The position numbers and the translations under genes are program-made. DNA of 64,000 nt from Lingula anatina (lineage: Eukaryota > Animalia > Brachiopoda): NCBI GenBank assembly GCA_051362555.1, contig CM120642.1, forward strand, positions 9,114,001 to 9,178,000, written 5' to 3'. This document shows positions 52,623 to 64,000 of the stretch, in pieces. How positions within the stretch are numbered: the first letter of the stretch is position 1; each line of letters opens with the position of its first letter. The notes beneath the pieces were generated by a model that saw only the letters and a list, made by a program, of their open reading frames with translations, made no database searches and had not been told where the DNA came from.

Positions 52623-54834
52623 TTGTACCACCAGCGTAGGCGCTGGCGGTACACATGGTTTTAGTCCCGACCCGCATGTTCCGCCCGCTCCTGCGGCTCC
52701 TCTGGCTCCGCCGCCATCTCACCGTTACCGCTTCTCCTCCTAGACGGTAAGGGCCTCCATACCCATCTCTTGGATTTAGGTCACCTATAATCTCAACTCG
52801 TTCCACGTAAAATTTGGGCTTTGTCAGAATTGGGGTCTAGGTGTGGCACTCATTGCAATGCACCCTTGTCCAAAAATGGCAAAATTAAATGCTAATTATC
52901 TACCCTACGGAAGGAATTATGGGAAAAATTTCTACAGACGGCTATCCGAAAGTCATATGTGGAGATTTCAAATATGCCCTTGGATTTGACCTTTGACCTT
53001 TATTTCAAGGTCAAACGAGTCAAATATTTCAAAAAAACGAATTTTTTTTCGAAAAAAAAATTATTTGCGCTGATATTCAGAAACTACACAGACCTAACCT
53101 ATAATATTATTGGAAGGTGCTACCCTTCGGGTCATCTTTCATCTCTGTGAATTTGGGGTCAACCGGTGCATTTTCCTGGGAGTAGCGGCCATAATATAAA
53201 GAAACTGAAAACTGTCTTTAATTCGGGAACCGTTAATGCTAGAGACCCATTCTTTTTTGCATTTTGTAGAGCATGTAAAGCCCAACACTGTAGGTGGTCT
53301 CCGTTTTTTTGTATTCCATACGGTTTTCGAGTGATGCTGTATCAAAAAGTACATTGTGGTGGTGAAAGCAAAATGTGCAATACGGTAATGGATAACAAAT
53401 TTTGAACTCCGGGAAAATAAAACATAAGGCTTGGCGAGGCAGACAACTTCTGGTCAAAAATGACATTAATTCATGAAATTTGAACATCTGGAACTTATGA
53501 GCACCTCCCATTTCAAGAATTTCAACCAAAATGACCTTATCTTTATTTTAATTTATTTTTTCTGTAGAAAGTTTATGCACATTATTGTAACTCCAAAACT
53601 GGAACATTTAGTCCCTTATATCTCCAAAACTGGGGGAGATAGGTCCATAGTTACTTTTAAAGTTGAATAGGAAGTCACATACTGGCAATCAAACTGTGAC
53701 CTTGAAATTGACCTTTGACCTACTTTTCACTATGAACTGAACTTTGCAACGTTTAAGTCCCTTTTATCTCCAAAACTGGCAGAGATAGGTCCATAGTTAC
53801 TATTGAACTTGAATAGGAAGTCATATACTGGCAATCTAAGTGTGACCTTGAAATTGACCTTTGACCTACTTTCCATCATTAATTGAACTTTGCAAATTTT
53901 GGTTCTCTTTCATCTCCAAAACTGGCAAAGATATGCCCATAGTTACTATTGAATTTGAATAGAAAGTCATAAGAGGCAGTTTACTGACCTTGAGGACATT
54001 GAGGTAACTCCGAAATTATAACATTTAGTCCCTTATATCTCCAAAACTGGCAGAGATAGGTCCATAGTTACTATTGAACTTGAATAGGAAGTCATACACT
54101 GGCAATCTTAATGTGACCTTGAAATTGACCTTTGACCTACTTTTCACCATGAACTGAACTTTGCAAATTTCCGTTCCCTTTTATCTCCGTAACTGGCAGA
54201 GATAGGTCCATAGTTACTATTGAAGTTGAATAGGAAGTTTTATACTGGTAATTTTTCTGTGACCTTGAAATTGACCTTTGACCTACTTTTTATGATGAAC
54301 TGGTTTTTGCATTTTTTCTGGCCTTTAAATCTGCAAAATTGGCAAAGAAATGCCCATGGTTACTATTGAACTTGAATAGAAATTCATATACAATGATATT
54401 GAAATTGACCTTGGACCTACTTTTTCACCATGAACTGAGCTTTGTATATTTTCTTGCCCCTCATATCTTCAATGCTAGCAGAGATGTTCCCGGTGTTGCC
54501 CCTAGGTTTTCTCTTTTGTCAGCATATATGCACCACTGACAACACATTTCAAGGAAAACCAATAGGCCTTTTGTCTAGAGAATCACATGAGTGATCAATG
54601 GTAGGAAAATGCAGGTCAATTTGAAAATCTGCTTGATTGTACCATTTTTAGTTATATTTTTTTGCATACTTTGAGAACTCTTGTTGATTTAATTTTATAG
54701 AGCTTGTCAAGCACAAGACTGGTGTCCCTTTTTTTTTTTTTTTTTTTGGAGGGGGGAGGGTTTCCATACGAATGCGCTTACTCCAGCTGGTGGTACAATA
54801 TTCGGAGGCGGTATCGCCTCTCTGATCCTCTAGT
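52623..54834 (+). mobile_element. Helentron/HINE-like element, family A, complete
   Basis: 5' hairpin TGTACCACCAGCG-TAGG-CGCTGGCGGTACA; GC-rich microsatellite-like tract; 146-bp tandem units (53621, 53767, 53913, 54038, 54184, 54330); 3' subTIR GCTGGTGGTACAA; stem-loop GAGGCG-GTAT-CGCCTC; CTAGT end. Inserted in a TT site that is empty in copy 1 (~42439). Confidence 0.85.
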
Positions 54835-54942
54835 TTATACATTGATTTTCATTATTTGCCGATTTATCAGTTTCAGTTGTTATTCTGAAGAGTTTTCAGT
54901 ATTGTTGTCATTCACTTAAATTTCTTTCATCATATATATTAA

Positions 54943-56019
54943 GGCCACACTTTTTTATTTTTATGGATGACATCCTCTGGGGACCCCAAAATCGGTGCGA
55001 GCGGGCGAAAAAAAAAAACAGTCCAAAAAAAAAAAAATGCTTAAGAAAAGTTATGTTTTCAGTACACAGCTGGAAACACTAATTTACCACAGAAACACTT
55101 ATCAAACTAACAACATGTCTTTATCCATTCTCTCAAAATATTAAAGCAATGTGAATAGGGCCTACTTGGTAGAAAGGTAAAAGGTCATGAATATATATGC
55201 TGAATATTACCAAATCTATTTAAGGTTATTTCATGTATTCTGTAGGTAGGCCCCTATAGCAATCAATAAAACAAATATCAAATAAACAGTGTGTCTTTAT
55301 TTGTACTCTCAGAAAATTAAAGCATTGTAAACACATCACAGAATTGTTAAAAAATGAAGCAAAGATAGGCCTATGCTTCCTACTACCAAATCTAAAAAAG
55401 GTAATTTCGGTCAATGCCATTTTGCCTACTTCGACTCACATGTAGCAGCCAACTATCGGGTGGCCTGTCCGACCTTCAGTCCACCAAATACCACGACGGT
55501 CTTGTCGACCCTTTTTTCGCTACAAAAAAAACCTGGTAGGCCTGTGTGTTGCTTTGGACAGAATGTCACTGAAATTTTCCGGGCGATGCTCGCTGGCCGC
55601 GGCCAGCCTTTCGTATAATTGTAAAAGGGTGATATCTCCATGTCCAATATCAATGGCAAACCAATCCAAAACGACGTCCCCCATTCTCTTTATGACTTTA
55701 ATTGTCGTGTATTTTGAAATTAATCCTAGAGATGAATTTGACGGCAAAGCGGTGATAATACACATGCGCAGAAAGCTCATTTTCCACACTCGGAACTACT
55801 CGGATGTCTCCGCAGTCGACAATGACAGTATGGAGCTTGCGGAATTAGCCGAGGATTGCCGATTGCATTTTCCGGCAAATTCAATAACGACGTTTGCGAC
55901 AACCGACTTCCTTGGGGGGTGGGGGGGGGGGATTTTTTTTTTTTTTTTTTTTTTTTGGAGAACGGACGAAAATCGGTGCGCGCACAGGATGTCATCCATA
56001 AAAATAAAAAAGTGTGGCC
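54943..56019. mobile_element. Harbinger/Tourist-like MITE, complete (1077 bp)
   Basis: Perfect 34-bp TIR GGCCACACTTTTTTATTTTTATGGATGACATCCT. 3-bp TAA TSD (54940-54942, 56020-56022). Empty site TATTAACAAATTC in copy 1 (~42544). Confidence 0.9.
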
Positions 56020-56549
56020 TAACAAATTCTAAGTATGTCCATGGTCAAATTAATGTAATTAACTTATTAAAAATTTTACATGATAAACGATATCCAATAT
56101 ATAATCAATATGCAATATGCTTTATATATATATATTTTATGAAAACAGATTACAGCGATAATGCCTGACATTTCATTGAAGGGATCAGAAATCCAATCCG
56201 TACTCCAAGTGGGGAGGAAGACACGTCCCCTGGGCCAACAGGAGTGTCTCAAGTGTCACCGGAGTCACAAGAACTGTCACCAAGGTCCCAAGAAAGACTA
56301 AGGCAGCTTAAAATAGATTTGACGCAAGGGAAAGGTGTGTGTGTGTGTGTGTTTTACATGATAGCTTTGAACACTGTGTTGGACAGTTTGGTACTATAGT
56401 AGCCTGATAGTGAAGTTTTTTTTTTTTTTTTAACTAGATTATCAGTATCATGATTAATCACATTTTAATATACCTTGCACTATATATCAGTATGGAATTC
56501 GCTGATACTAATTAATATTGTTATAGTAATGATATTTGGGGGCATTTAA

Positions 56550-59500
56550 TTGTACCACCAGCGTAGGCGCTGGCGGTACACATGGTTTTAGTCCCGACCC
56601 GCCTGTTCCACCGGCTCTGCCGGCTCCGCCGCCATGTCATCGTTAACGCTTCTCCTCCTAGACTACAAGGGCCTGCGTACCCATCTCTTGGATTTAGGTC
56701 ACCTATAATCTCAACTCGTTCCACGTAAAATTTGGGCTTCGTCGGTGCTGGGGTCTAGGTGTGGCACTCATTGCAATGCATCCTTGTCCAAAAATGGCAA
56801 AATTAAATGCTAATTATCTACCCTACGGAAGGAATTATGGGAAAAATTTCTACAGACGGCTTTCCAAAAGTCATATGTGGAGATTTCAAATATGCCCTTG
56901 GATTTGACCTTTGACCCTTATTTCAAGGTCAAATGGGCCAAAATTTTCAAAAAAACGAATTTTTTTTACGAAAAAAAATTATTTGCGCTGTTATTCAGAC
57001 ACTACACAGAGTTAACCAATAATATTATTGGAAAGTGTTACCCTTCGGGTCATCTTTCATCTCCGTGAATTTAGGTTCAATCGGTGCATTTTCACGGGAG
57101 TAGCGGCCATAAGATACCGAAACTGAAAATTGTCTCTAATTCGGGAACCATTAATGCTAGAGACCCATTCTTTTTTATGTACAGACACAGATGTGTCTGT
57201 ACATATTGCCATCACCTGCGTCTGTCGTCGCCGTCGCCGATGCCGATGCCGGTGCCAGTGCCGATGCCGATGCCGTCGCCGTGCACTTTCCTTGCAAACA
57301 CGATAAGTGGAGGACAGTTTTACTTTTTGGCTTTATATTTACAGAGCTGATGAATATTCATAAAACGCAGATCAAGTTCGAAAATCAGCATGATCGGGCC
57401 ATTATTGTAGAAGTTATGCTGTTTTTTCACTTTTCAGCATATATGCAACCCTGTAAACACATTTTAAGGAAAACCGTTAAGCCTGTTGTCACGAAACTTA
57501 CAGGAGTGGTCAATCTTACTAAAACGCAGGTTGACTTCAAAAATCAGCAAAATCGGGGCATTATTTTAGAAGTTATGCTGTTTTTTCACATTTCCTCAGA
57601 TTCAACTCTTAGGCATGTTAACAGTCTCATTATTGAACTAATAAGATATGTAAAAGTGTTTGTTTGACATTTCCTGCATCTTTACAACATTGTTAGTTGA
57701 TTTTGTAAAAAAGATGCTAAACTTGTTATCGTGTATTGTGTAATAAAGTGTCAAAAATGGAAATAAACTCATATCATTGCAGTTTGTCAGATTCAATCAT
57801 TCACTATGTTCAGAATCTCAGAATGGAGGAAATTGGACATTTAACACTATTCTATTGATATTTTTCCCATCTCATCAATTTTCTTAGTTGATCATATAAA
57901 AATTGCAGTAAACTGTTTATTTTGTTTTATGTTAAAAAAAGTGTTAAAAATGGAAATAAACCCATACCATGTCAGAACAGTGCTGTCTTGTTTCACATTT
58001 TCTCAGATTCAATTCTTAGGCATGTTAACAGTCTCATTATTTAATTAATAAGATACGCAAAAGTGTTTGGTTGACATTTCCTGCATCTTTACAACATTAT
58101 TAGTTGAATATGTAAAAATGATGGTAATCTTGTTAACGTGTATTGTGTAATAAAGTTTCAAAAATGGAAATAAACTCATATCATTGTAGTTTGTCAGATT
58201 CAATCATTCACTATGTTCAGAATCTCAGAATGGAAGAAATTGGACATTTAACACTGCTCTATTGATATTTTTCCCATCTCATCAATTTTCTTAGTTGATC
58301 ATTTGAAAATGGCAGTAAACTGTTTATCTTGTTTAATGTTAAAAATTGTTAAAAATGAAAAAAAAAAATTCAGAACAGTGCTGCCTTGTTTACATTTTGG
58401 CATTTTTAAGTTGTGACTTTGAAGTTCTATGGGCCTGAAGACCTTTGCTAGTCACAATTTCTGAATATCCATAATACTAATATTTTATTATTAAAAAATT
58501 GATGGTCATTATGCTGTTAAACATTATGTAATATTGCATTAAAATTTGAAAAAAAAAATTTTGGGCACTGCTCCCATGATGACAATTTAAGAAAAACCAT
58601 GTCACTTATTGTTCTCAAACTTACAGGAAAGAAACATGGGACTAAAATACAGCTTCAGTAGGCAATGCAGTCTGTTTAGTAATTCTTACTGCCAGTTAAA
58701 CATTTTTTTTTTTTTTTGAAACTTTAATTTTTCACATATTGGCATTTTCAAGGTGTGACTTTGAAGTTCCACGGGCTTGAAGACCCATGCTACTCACATT
58801 TTCTGAAAATCCATGATACATATATTTTATTATTAAAAATTGACGGTCATTATGCTGTTAACCATTATGTAATATTGCATCAGAATAGAAGAAAACACAA
58901 TTTTGGGTGCTGCTGCCATGATGACCATTATGGGAAAACCATGTTACTTATCATTGCCAAACTTTCAAAAAAGGAATACAGGACTAAAATTCAGTCTGAG
59001 TTGGAAAAGCAGTCTAATTGGCTTTTTTTCTGAAAGTTATACATTTTCAAAGTGTGAACTTGAACTCCCATGGGCCTGAAGCCTTAAGCTTGTTACACAT
59101 TTTACTTAATTGGTATTACTTGTTGAGCATAATTAAAATTTGATGTTGAATTTGCAGTTTAACATAATGTACTTTTGCATCAGAATTGACAGTAGCCTAT
59201 TTTGTGCATAGTTATTTCCTGTTTTTTGTCTGTACATTTGACAGTTTTGCTGCCTTGTTGCATTTTGTAGAGCATGTAAAGCCCAACACTGCAAGTGGTC
59301 TCCGTTTTTATGTACAGACACAGATGTGTCTGTACATATTGCCATCACCTGCGTCTGTCGTCGCCGTCGCCGATGCCGATGCCGATGCCGATGCCGATGC
59401 CGTTGCCGGCGCCGTGCACTTTCCTTGTAAACACGATAAGTGGAAGGCAGTTTTACTTTTTGGCTTTATATTTACAGAGCTGATGAATATTCATAAAACG

Positions 59501-62500
59501 CAGGTCAAGTTCGAAAATCAGCATGATCGGGCCATTATTGTAGAAGTTATGCTGTTTTTTCACTTTTCAGCATATATGCAACCTTGTAAACACATTTTAA
59601 GGAAAACCGTTAGGCCTGTTGTCATGAAACTCACAGGAGTAATTAATCTTACTAAAATGCAGGTCAAGTTCGAAAATCAGCATGATCGGGCCACTATTTT
59701 AGTAGTTATGCGGTTTTTTCATTGTTCAGCATATATGCAACGCTGTAAACACAATATAAGAAAAACAGAAAGCCCAATTGTCATTAAACTCACAGGAATG
59801 GTCAGTCTTACTAAAACGCAGGTTGAGTTCGAAAATCAGCATAATCGGGGCATTATTTTAGAAGTTATGCTGTTTTTTCACATTTCCTCAGATTTCCTCA
59901 GATTTAATTCTTAGGCATGTTAATAGCCTTATTATTTAAGTAATAAGATACGTAAAAGTGATTGTTTGACATTTCCTGCATCTTTACAACATTGTTAGTT
60001 GATTATGTAAAAATGATGGTAAACTTGTTATCTTGTATTGTGTAATAAAGTGTCAAAAATGGAAATAAACTCATATCATTGCAGTTTGTCAGATTCAATC
60101 ATTCACTATGTTCAGAATCTCAGAATGGAAGAAATTGGACATTTAACACTGTTCTATTGATATTTTTCCCATCTCATCAATTTTCTTAGTTGATCTTATA
60201 AAAATGGCAGTAACCTATTAATTTTGTTTTATGTTAAAAAAGTGTTAAAAATGGAAATAAACCCATTTCAGAACAGTGCAGTCTTGTTTTAGTTGGGGTT
60301 TTCAGTCCGTGAGCTAAATTGTCTGAAAATTTCTTAATTCTATTTGCTCTGTGTTATTCAATGTACTGTATGTGAAAATTGTGTATTCTTATAGAATTTT
60401 GTTGACTAGGGAGTGTCCTGTCTGTGTTTGCTATTGGAAGGTGTACTTATGTATTATTTATTACAAGTTATGGAGCAATTACTTTGAAAATTGTTTAAAT
60501 CTACCTCACCTCACATTGTAGATACTGCCATTTATGCAGTTACACTGTACATGTGTTGCACATTGATTTGCACTGTATTATGTATAACATTAAACTCTCT
60601 CTGGTCATCCTGATTCAGATTTTGCTCATAGTTGCAACTTTTTAATAGCAACACTTATCAGTTTATTTCAGCAGAAAAGGGTGTGCCATAGTTCGTTTCT
60701 GTTCATTTTGTTGACATACTGTATTGTTAATTATCCTATAGATGCTAATTTACTGTTATACTTTTTATGTACAGACACAGATGTGTCTGTACATATTGCC
60801 ATCACCTGCGTCTGTCGTCGCCGACAGCGATGCCGATGGCGATGCCGATGGCGATGGCGATGCCGGCGCCGTGCACTTTCCTTGTAAACACGATAAGTGG
60901 AGGGCAGTTTTACTTTTTGGCTTTATATTTACAGAGCTGATGAATATTCATAAAACGCAGGTCAAGTTCGAAAATCAGCATGATCGGGCCATTATTGTAG
61001 AAGTTATGCTGTTTTTTCACTTTTCAGCATATTTTTCACATTTCCTCAGATTCAATTCTTAGGCATGTTAACAGTCTCATTATTAAACTAAGAAGATACG
61101 TAAAAGATTTTGTTTGACATTTCCTGCATCTTTACAACATTGTTAGTTGATTTTGTAAAAATGATGGTGAACTTGTTATCGTGTATTGTGTAATAAAGTT
61201 TCAAAAATGGAAATAAACTCATATCATTGCAGTTTGTCAGATTCAATCATTCACTATGTTAAGAATCTCAGAATGGAAGAAATTGGACATTTAACACTGC
61301 TCTATTGATATTTTTCCCATCTCATCAATTTTCTTAGTAGATCATATAAAAATGGCAGTAAACTGTTAATTTTGTTTTATGTTAAAAATTGTTAAAAATG
61401 GAAAAAAAAAAAACATTTCAGAACAGTGCTGTCTTGTTTACATTTTGGCATTTTCAAGTTGTGACTTTGAAGTTCCATGGGCCTGAAGACCTTTGCTAGT
61501 CACATTTTCTGAATATCCATGATACTAATATTTTATTATTAAAAATTGATGGTCATTATGCTGTTAAACATTATGTAATATTGCATCAAAATTTGAAAAA
61601 ACCTATTTTGGGCACTGTTCCCATGATGACCATTTAAGGAAAACCATGTCACTTACTGTTCTCAAACAGTACAGTAAATATATATAGATGTGTCTGTACA
61701 TATTGCCATCACCTGCGTCTGTCGTCCCCGTCATTGCTGTCGCCGGCGCCGTGCACTTTCATTGTAAACACGATAAGTGGAAGGCAGCTTTACTTTTTGG
61801 CTTTATATTTACAGAGCTGATGAATATTCATAAAACGCAGGTCAAGTTCGAAAATCAGCATGATCGGGTCATTATTGTAGAAGTTATGCTTTATTATTCA
61901 CTTTTCAGCATATATGCAACACTGTAAACACATTCCAAGGAAAACCGATAGGCCTGTTGTCATGAAACTCACAGGAGTAATCTATCTTACTAAAACGCAG
62001 GTCAAGTTAGAAAATCTGCATGATCAGGCCACTATTTTAGTAGTTATGCTTTTTTTTTTCACTTTTCAGCATATATGCAACACTGTAAACACAATATAAG
62101 AAAAACAAATAGGCCAATTGTCATTAAACTCACAGGAGTGGTCAATCCTTCTAAAACGCAGGTTGAGTTAAAAGATCAGCATAATCGGGCCATTATTTTA
62201 GAAGTTATGTTGTTTTTTCACATTTTCTCAGATTCAATTCTTAGGCATGTTAATAGTTTCATTATTTAATTAATAAGATATTAAAAGTGTTTGTTTGACA
62301 TTTCCTGCATCTTTACAACATTGTTAGTTGATTTTGTAAAAATGATGGTTAATTTGTTATCGTGTATTGTGTAATAAAGTTTCAAACATGGAAATAAACT
62401 CATATCATTGCAGTTTGTCAGATTCAATCATTCACTATGTTCAGAATCACAGAATGGAAGAAATTGGACATTTAACACTGCTCTATTGATATTTTTCCCA

Positions 62501-64000
62501 TCTCATCAATTTTTTTAGTTTAATTTTGTTTTATGTTAAAAAATGTTAAAAATGGAAAAAAAAAAACATTTCAGAACAGTGCTGTCTTGTTTACATTTTG
62601 GCATTTTCAAGTTGTGACTTTGAAGTTCCATGGGCCTGAAGACCTTTGCTAGTCACATTTTCTGAATATCCATGATACTAATATTTTATTATTAAAAATT
62701 GATGGTCATTATGCTGTTAAACATTATGTAATATTGCATCAAAATTTGAAAAAAACCCATTTTGGGCACTGCTCCCATGATGACCATTTAAGAAAAACCA
62801 TGTCACTTACTGTTCTCAAACTTATAGGAAAGAAACATGGGACTAAAATATAGCTTCAGTAGGCAATGCAATCTGCCAGTTAAACAGTTTTTTTGTGAAA
62901 TTGTAATTTTTCACATATTGGCATTTTCAAGGTGTGACTTTGAAGTTCCACAGGCTTGAAGACCCATGCTTGTCACATTTTCTGAAAATCCATGATATGT
63001 ATATTTTATTATTAAAAATTGATTGTCATTATGCTGGTAACCATTATGTAATATTGCATCAGAATAGAAAAAAAAACAATTTTTGGTGCTGCTGCCATGA
63101 TGACCATTATGGGAAAACCATGTTACTTATGATTGCCAAACTTTCAAAAAACAAATACAGGACTAAAATGCAGCCCGAGTTGGAAAAGCAGTCTAATTGA
63201 ATTCTTTTTCTGGAAGTTTTACATTTTCAAAGGGTGAACTTGAACTCCCATGGGCCTGAAGCCTTATGTTTGTTACACATTTTACTTACATTGGTATTAC
63301 CTGTTGAGCATAATTAGAATTTGATGTTGAATTTGCAGTTTAACATAATGTACTTTTGCATCAGAATTGACAGTAGCCTATTTTGTTATTTCCTGCTTTT
63401 TGTCTGTACATTTGACAGCTTTGCTGCCTTGTTTTGTATTCCATACGGTTTTCAAGTTACGCTGTATCAAAAAGTACATATTGGTGGTGAAAGCAAAATG
63501 TGCAGTACAGTAATGGATAATAAATTTTGAACCCCAGGAAAAAAAACATAAGGCTTGGCAAGGCAGACAACTTGTGGTAAAAAATGACATTATTTCATCA
63601 AATTTGAACGTCTGGAACTTCAGAGCACCTCCCATTTCAGGAATTTTGAACAAAATGACCTTTTCTGTATTTTAATTATTTTTTTCCGTAGGAAATTTAT
63701 GGCACATTATTGTAACTCCAAAATTATAACATTTAGTCCCTTATATCTCCAAAACTGGCAGAGATAGGTCCATAGTTACTATTGAAGTTGAATAGGAAGT
63801 CATATACTGGCAATCTAAATGTGACCTTGAAATTGACCTTTGACCTACTTTACACCATATACTGAACTTTGCAACTTTTTAATGCTTTTATTTTCAAAAC
63901 TGGCAGAGATAGGTCCATGGTTACTATTGAACATGAATAGGAAGTCAAATACTGGCAATCTAAATGTGACTTTGAAATTGACCTTTGACCTACTTTTCAT
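56550..64000 (+). mobile_element. Second family-A HINE-like element, interrupted by family-B insertions (~57174-59259 and ~59307-63432), running off the window
   Basis: Segments 56550-57173, 59260-59306 and 63433-64000 concatenate into a sequence colinear with 52623-~54200. The intervening blocks begin with the family-B 5' hairpin and end with the family-B 3' stem-loop. Confidence 0.85.

Larger units (their letters stand above)
52520..56334 (+). other. First exons of a second, tandem copy of the kinase gene (52520-52553, 56149-56334); the remainder would lie beyond the window
   Basis: Near-identical to 42330-42363 and 42653-42830, with intact splice sites. Functional status is unknown. Confidence 0.8.

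Noticed and set aside
55373-56168. ORFs in the Harbinger-like MITE (also at 99-848), including poly-Gly/Pro peptides
   Set aside because: They come from homopolymer G/T runs, are not conserved between the two copies, and have no DDE transposase or Myb/SANT domain.
56166-56168. In-frame TGA as selenocysteine
   Set aside because: There is no redox motif context, no SECIS was recognised, and copy 1 is also frameshifted just upstream.
57191-62269. Recurrent ORFs beginning [13 protein letters not shown] (also at 36129 and 37057), up to 242 aa
   Set aside because: They are translations of the family-B hairpin, microsatellite and 160-bp repeats. Frames break differently in each copy and there are no Rep/helicase or transposase motifs.

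Overview
This is AT-rich, intron-rich animal DNA with GT-AG spliceosomal genes. It is an invertebrate, plausibly a lophotrochozoan such as a mollusc; that is an inference from repeat types and gene structure. Genes in order: the 3' part of GORAB (+); a 5-exon HTTM / vitamin K-dependent carboxylase-like gene whose core motifs look bacterial rather than like animal GGCX (+); neurochondrin (-); an 8-unit polyubiquitin with a coding intron (-), head-to-head with calnexin (+); a NIK/TPL2-related kinase with a truncated activation segment (+); and the 5' part of a tandem duplicate of that kinase locus, expanded by many nested non-autonomous transposons (Harbinger-, MULE/foldback- and hAT-like MITEs, and two Helentron/HINE-like families carrying 146-bp and ~161-bp tandem repeats). 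Best candidates for new biology: (1) calnexin has two tandem, same-phase transmembrane exons, and the short intron between them folds into a G-U-containing RNA stem that ends on the likely branch point, suggesting a structure-enforced mutually exclusive splicing switch; (2) the bacterial-type GGCX/HTTM paralog. Exon models were built by hand from splice sites and reading frames, and protein comparisons were made from memory without a database search.
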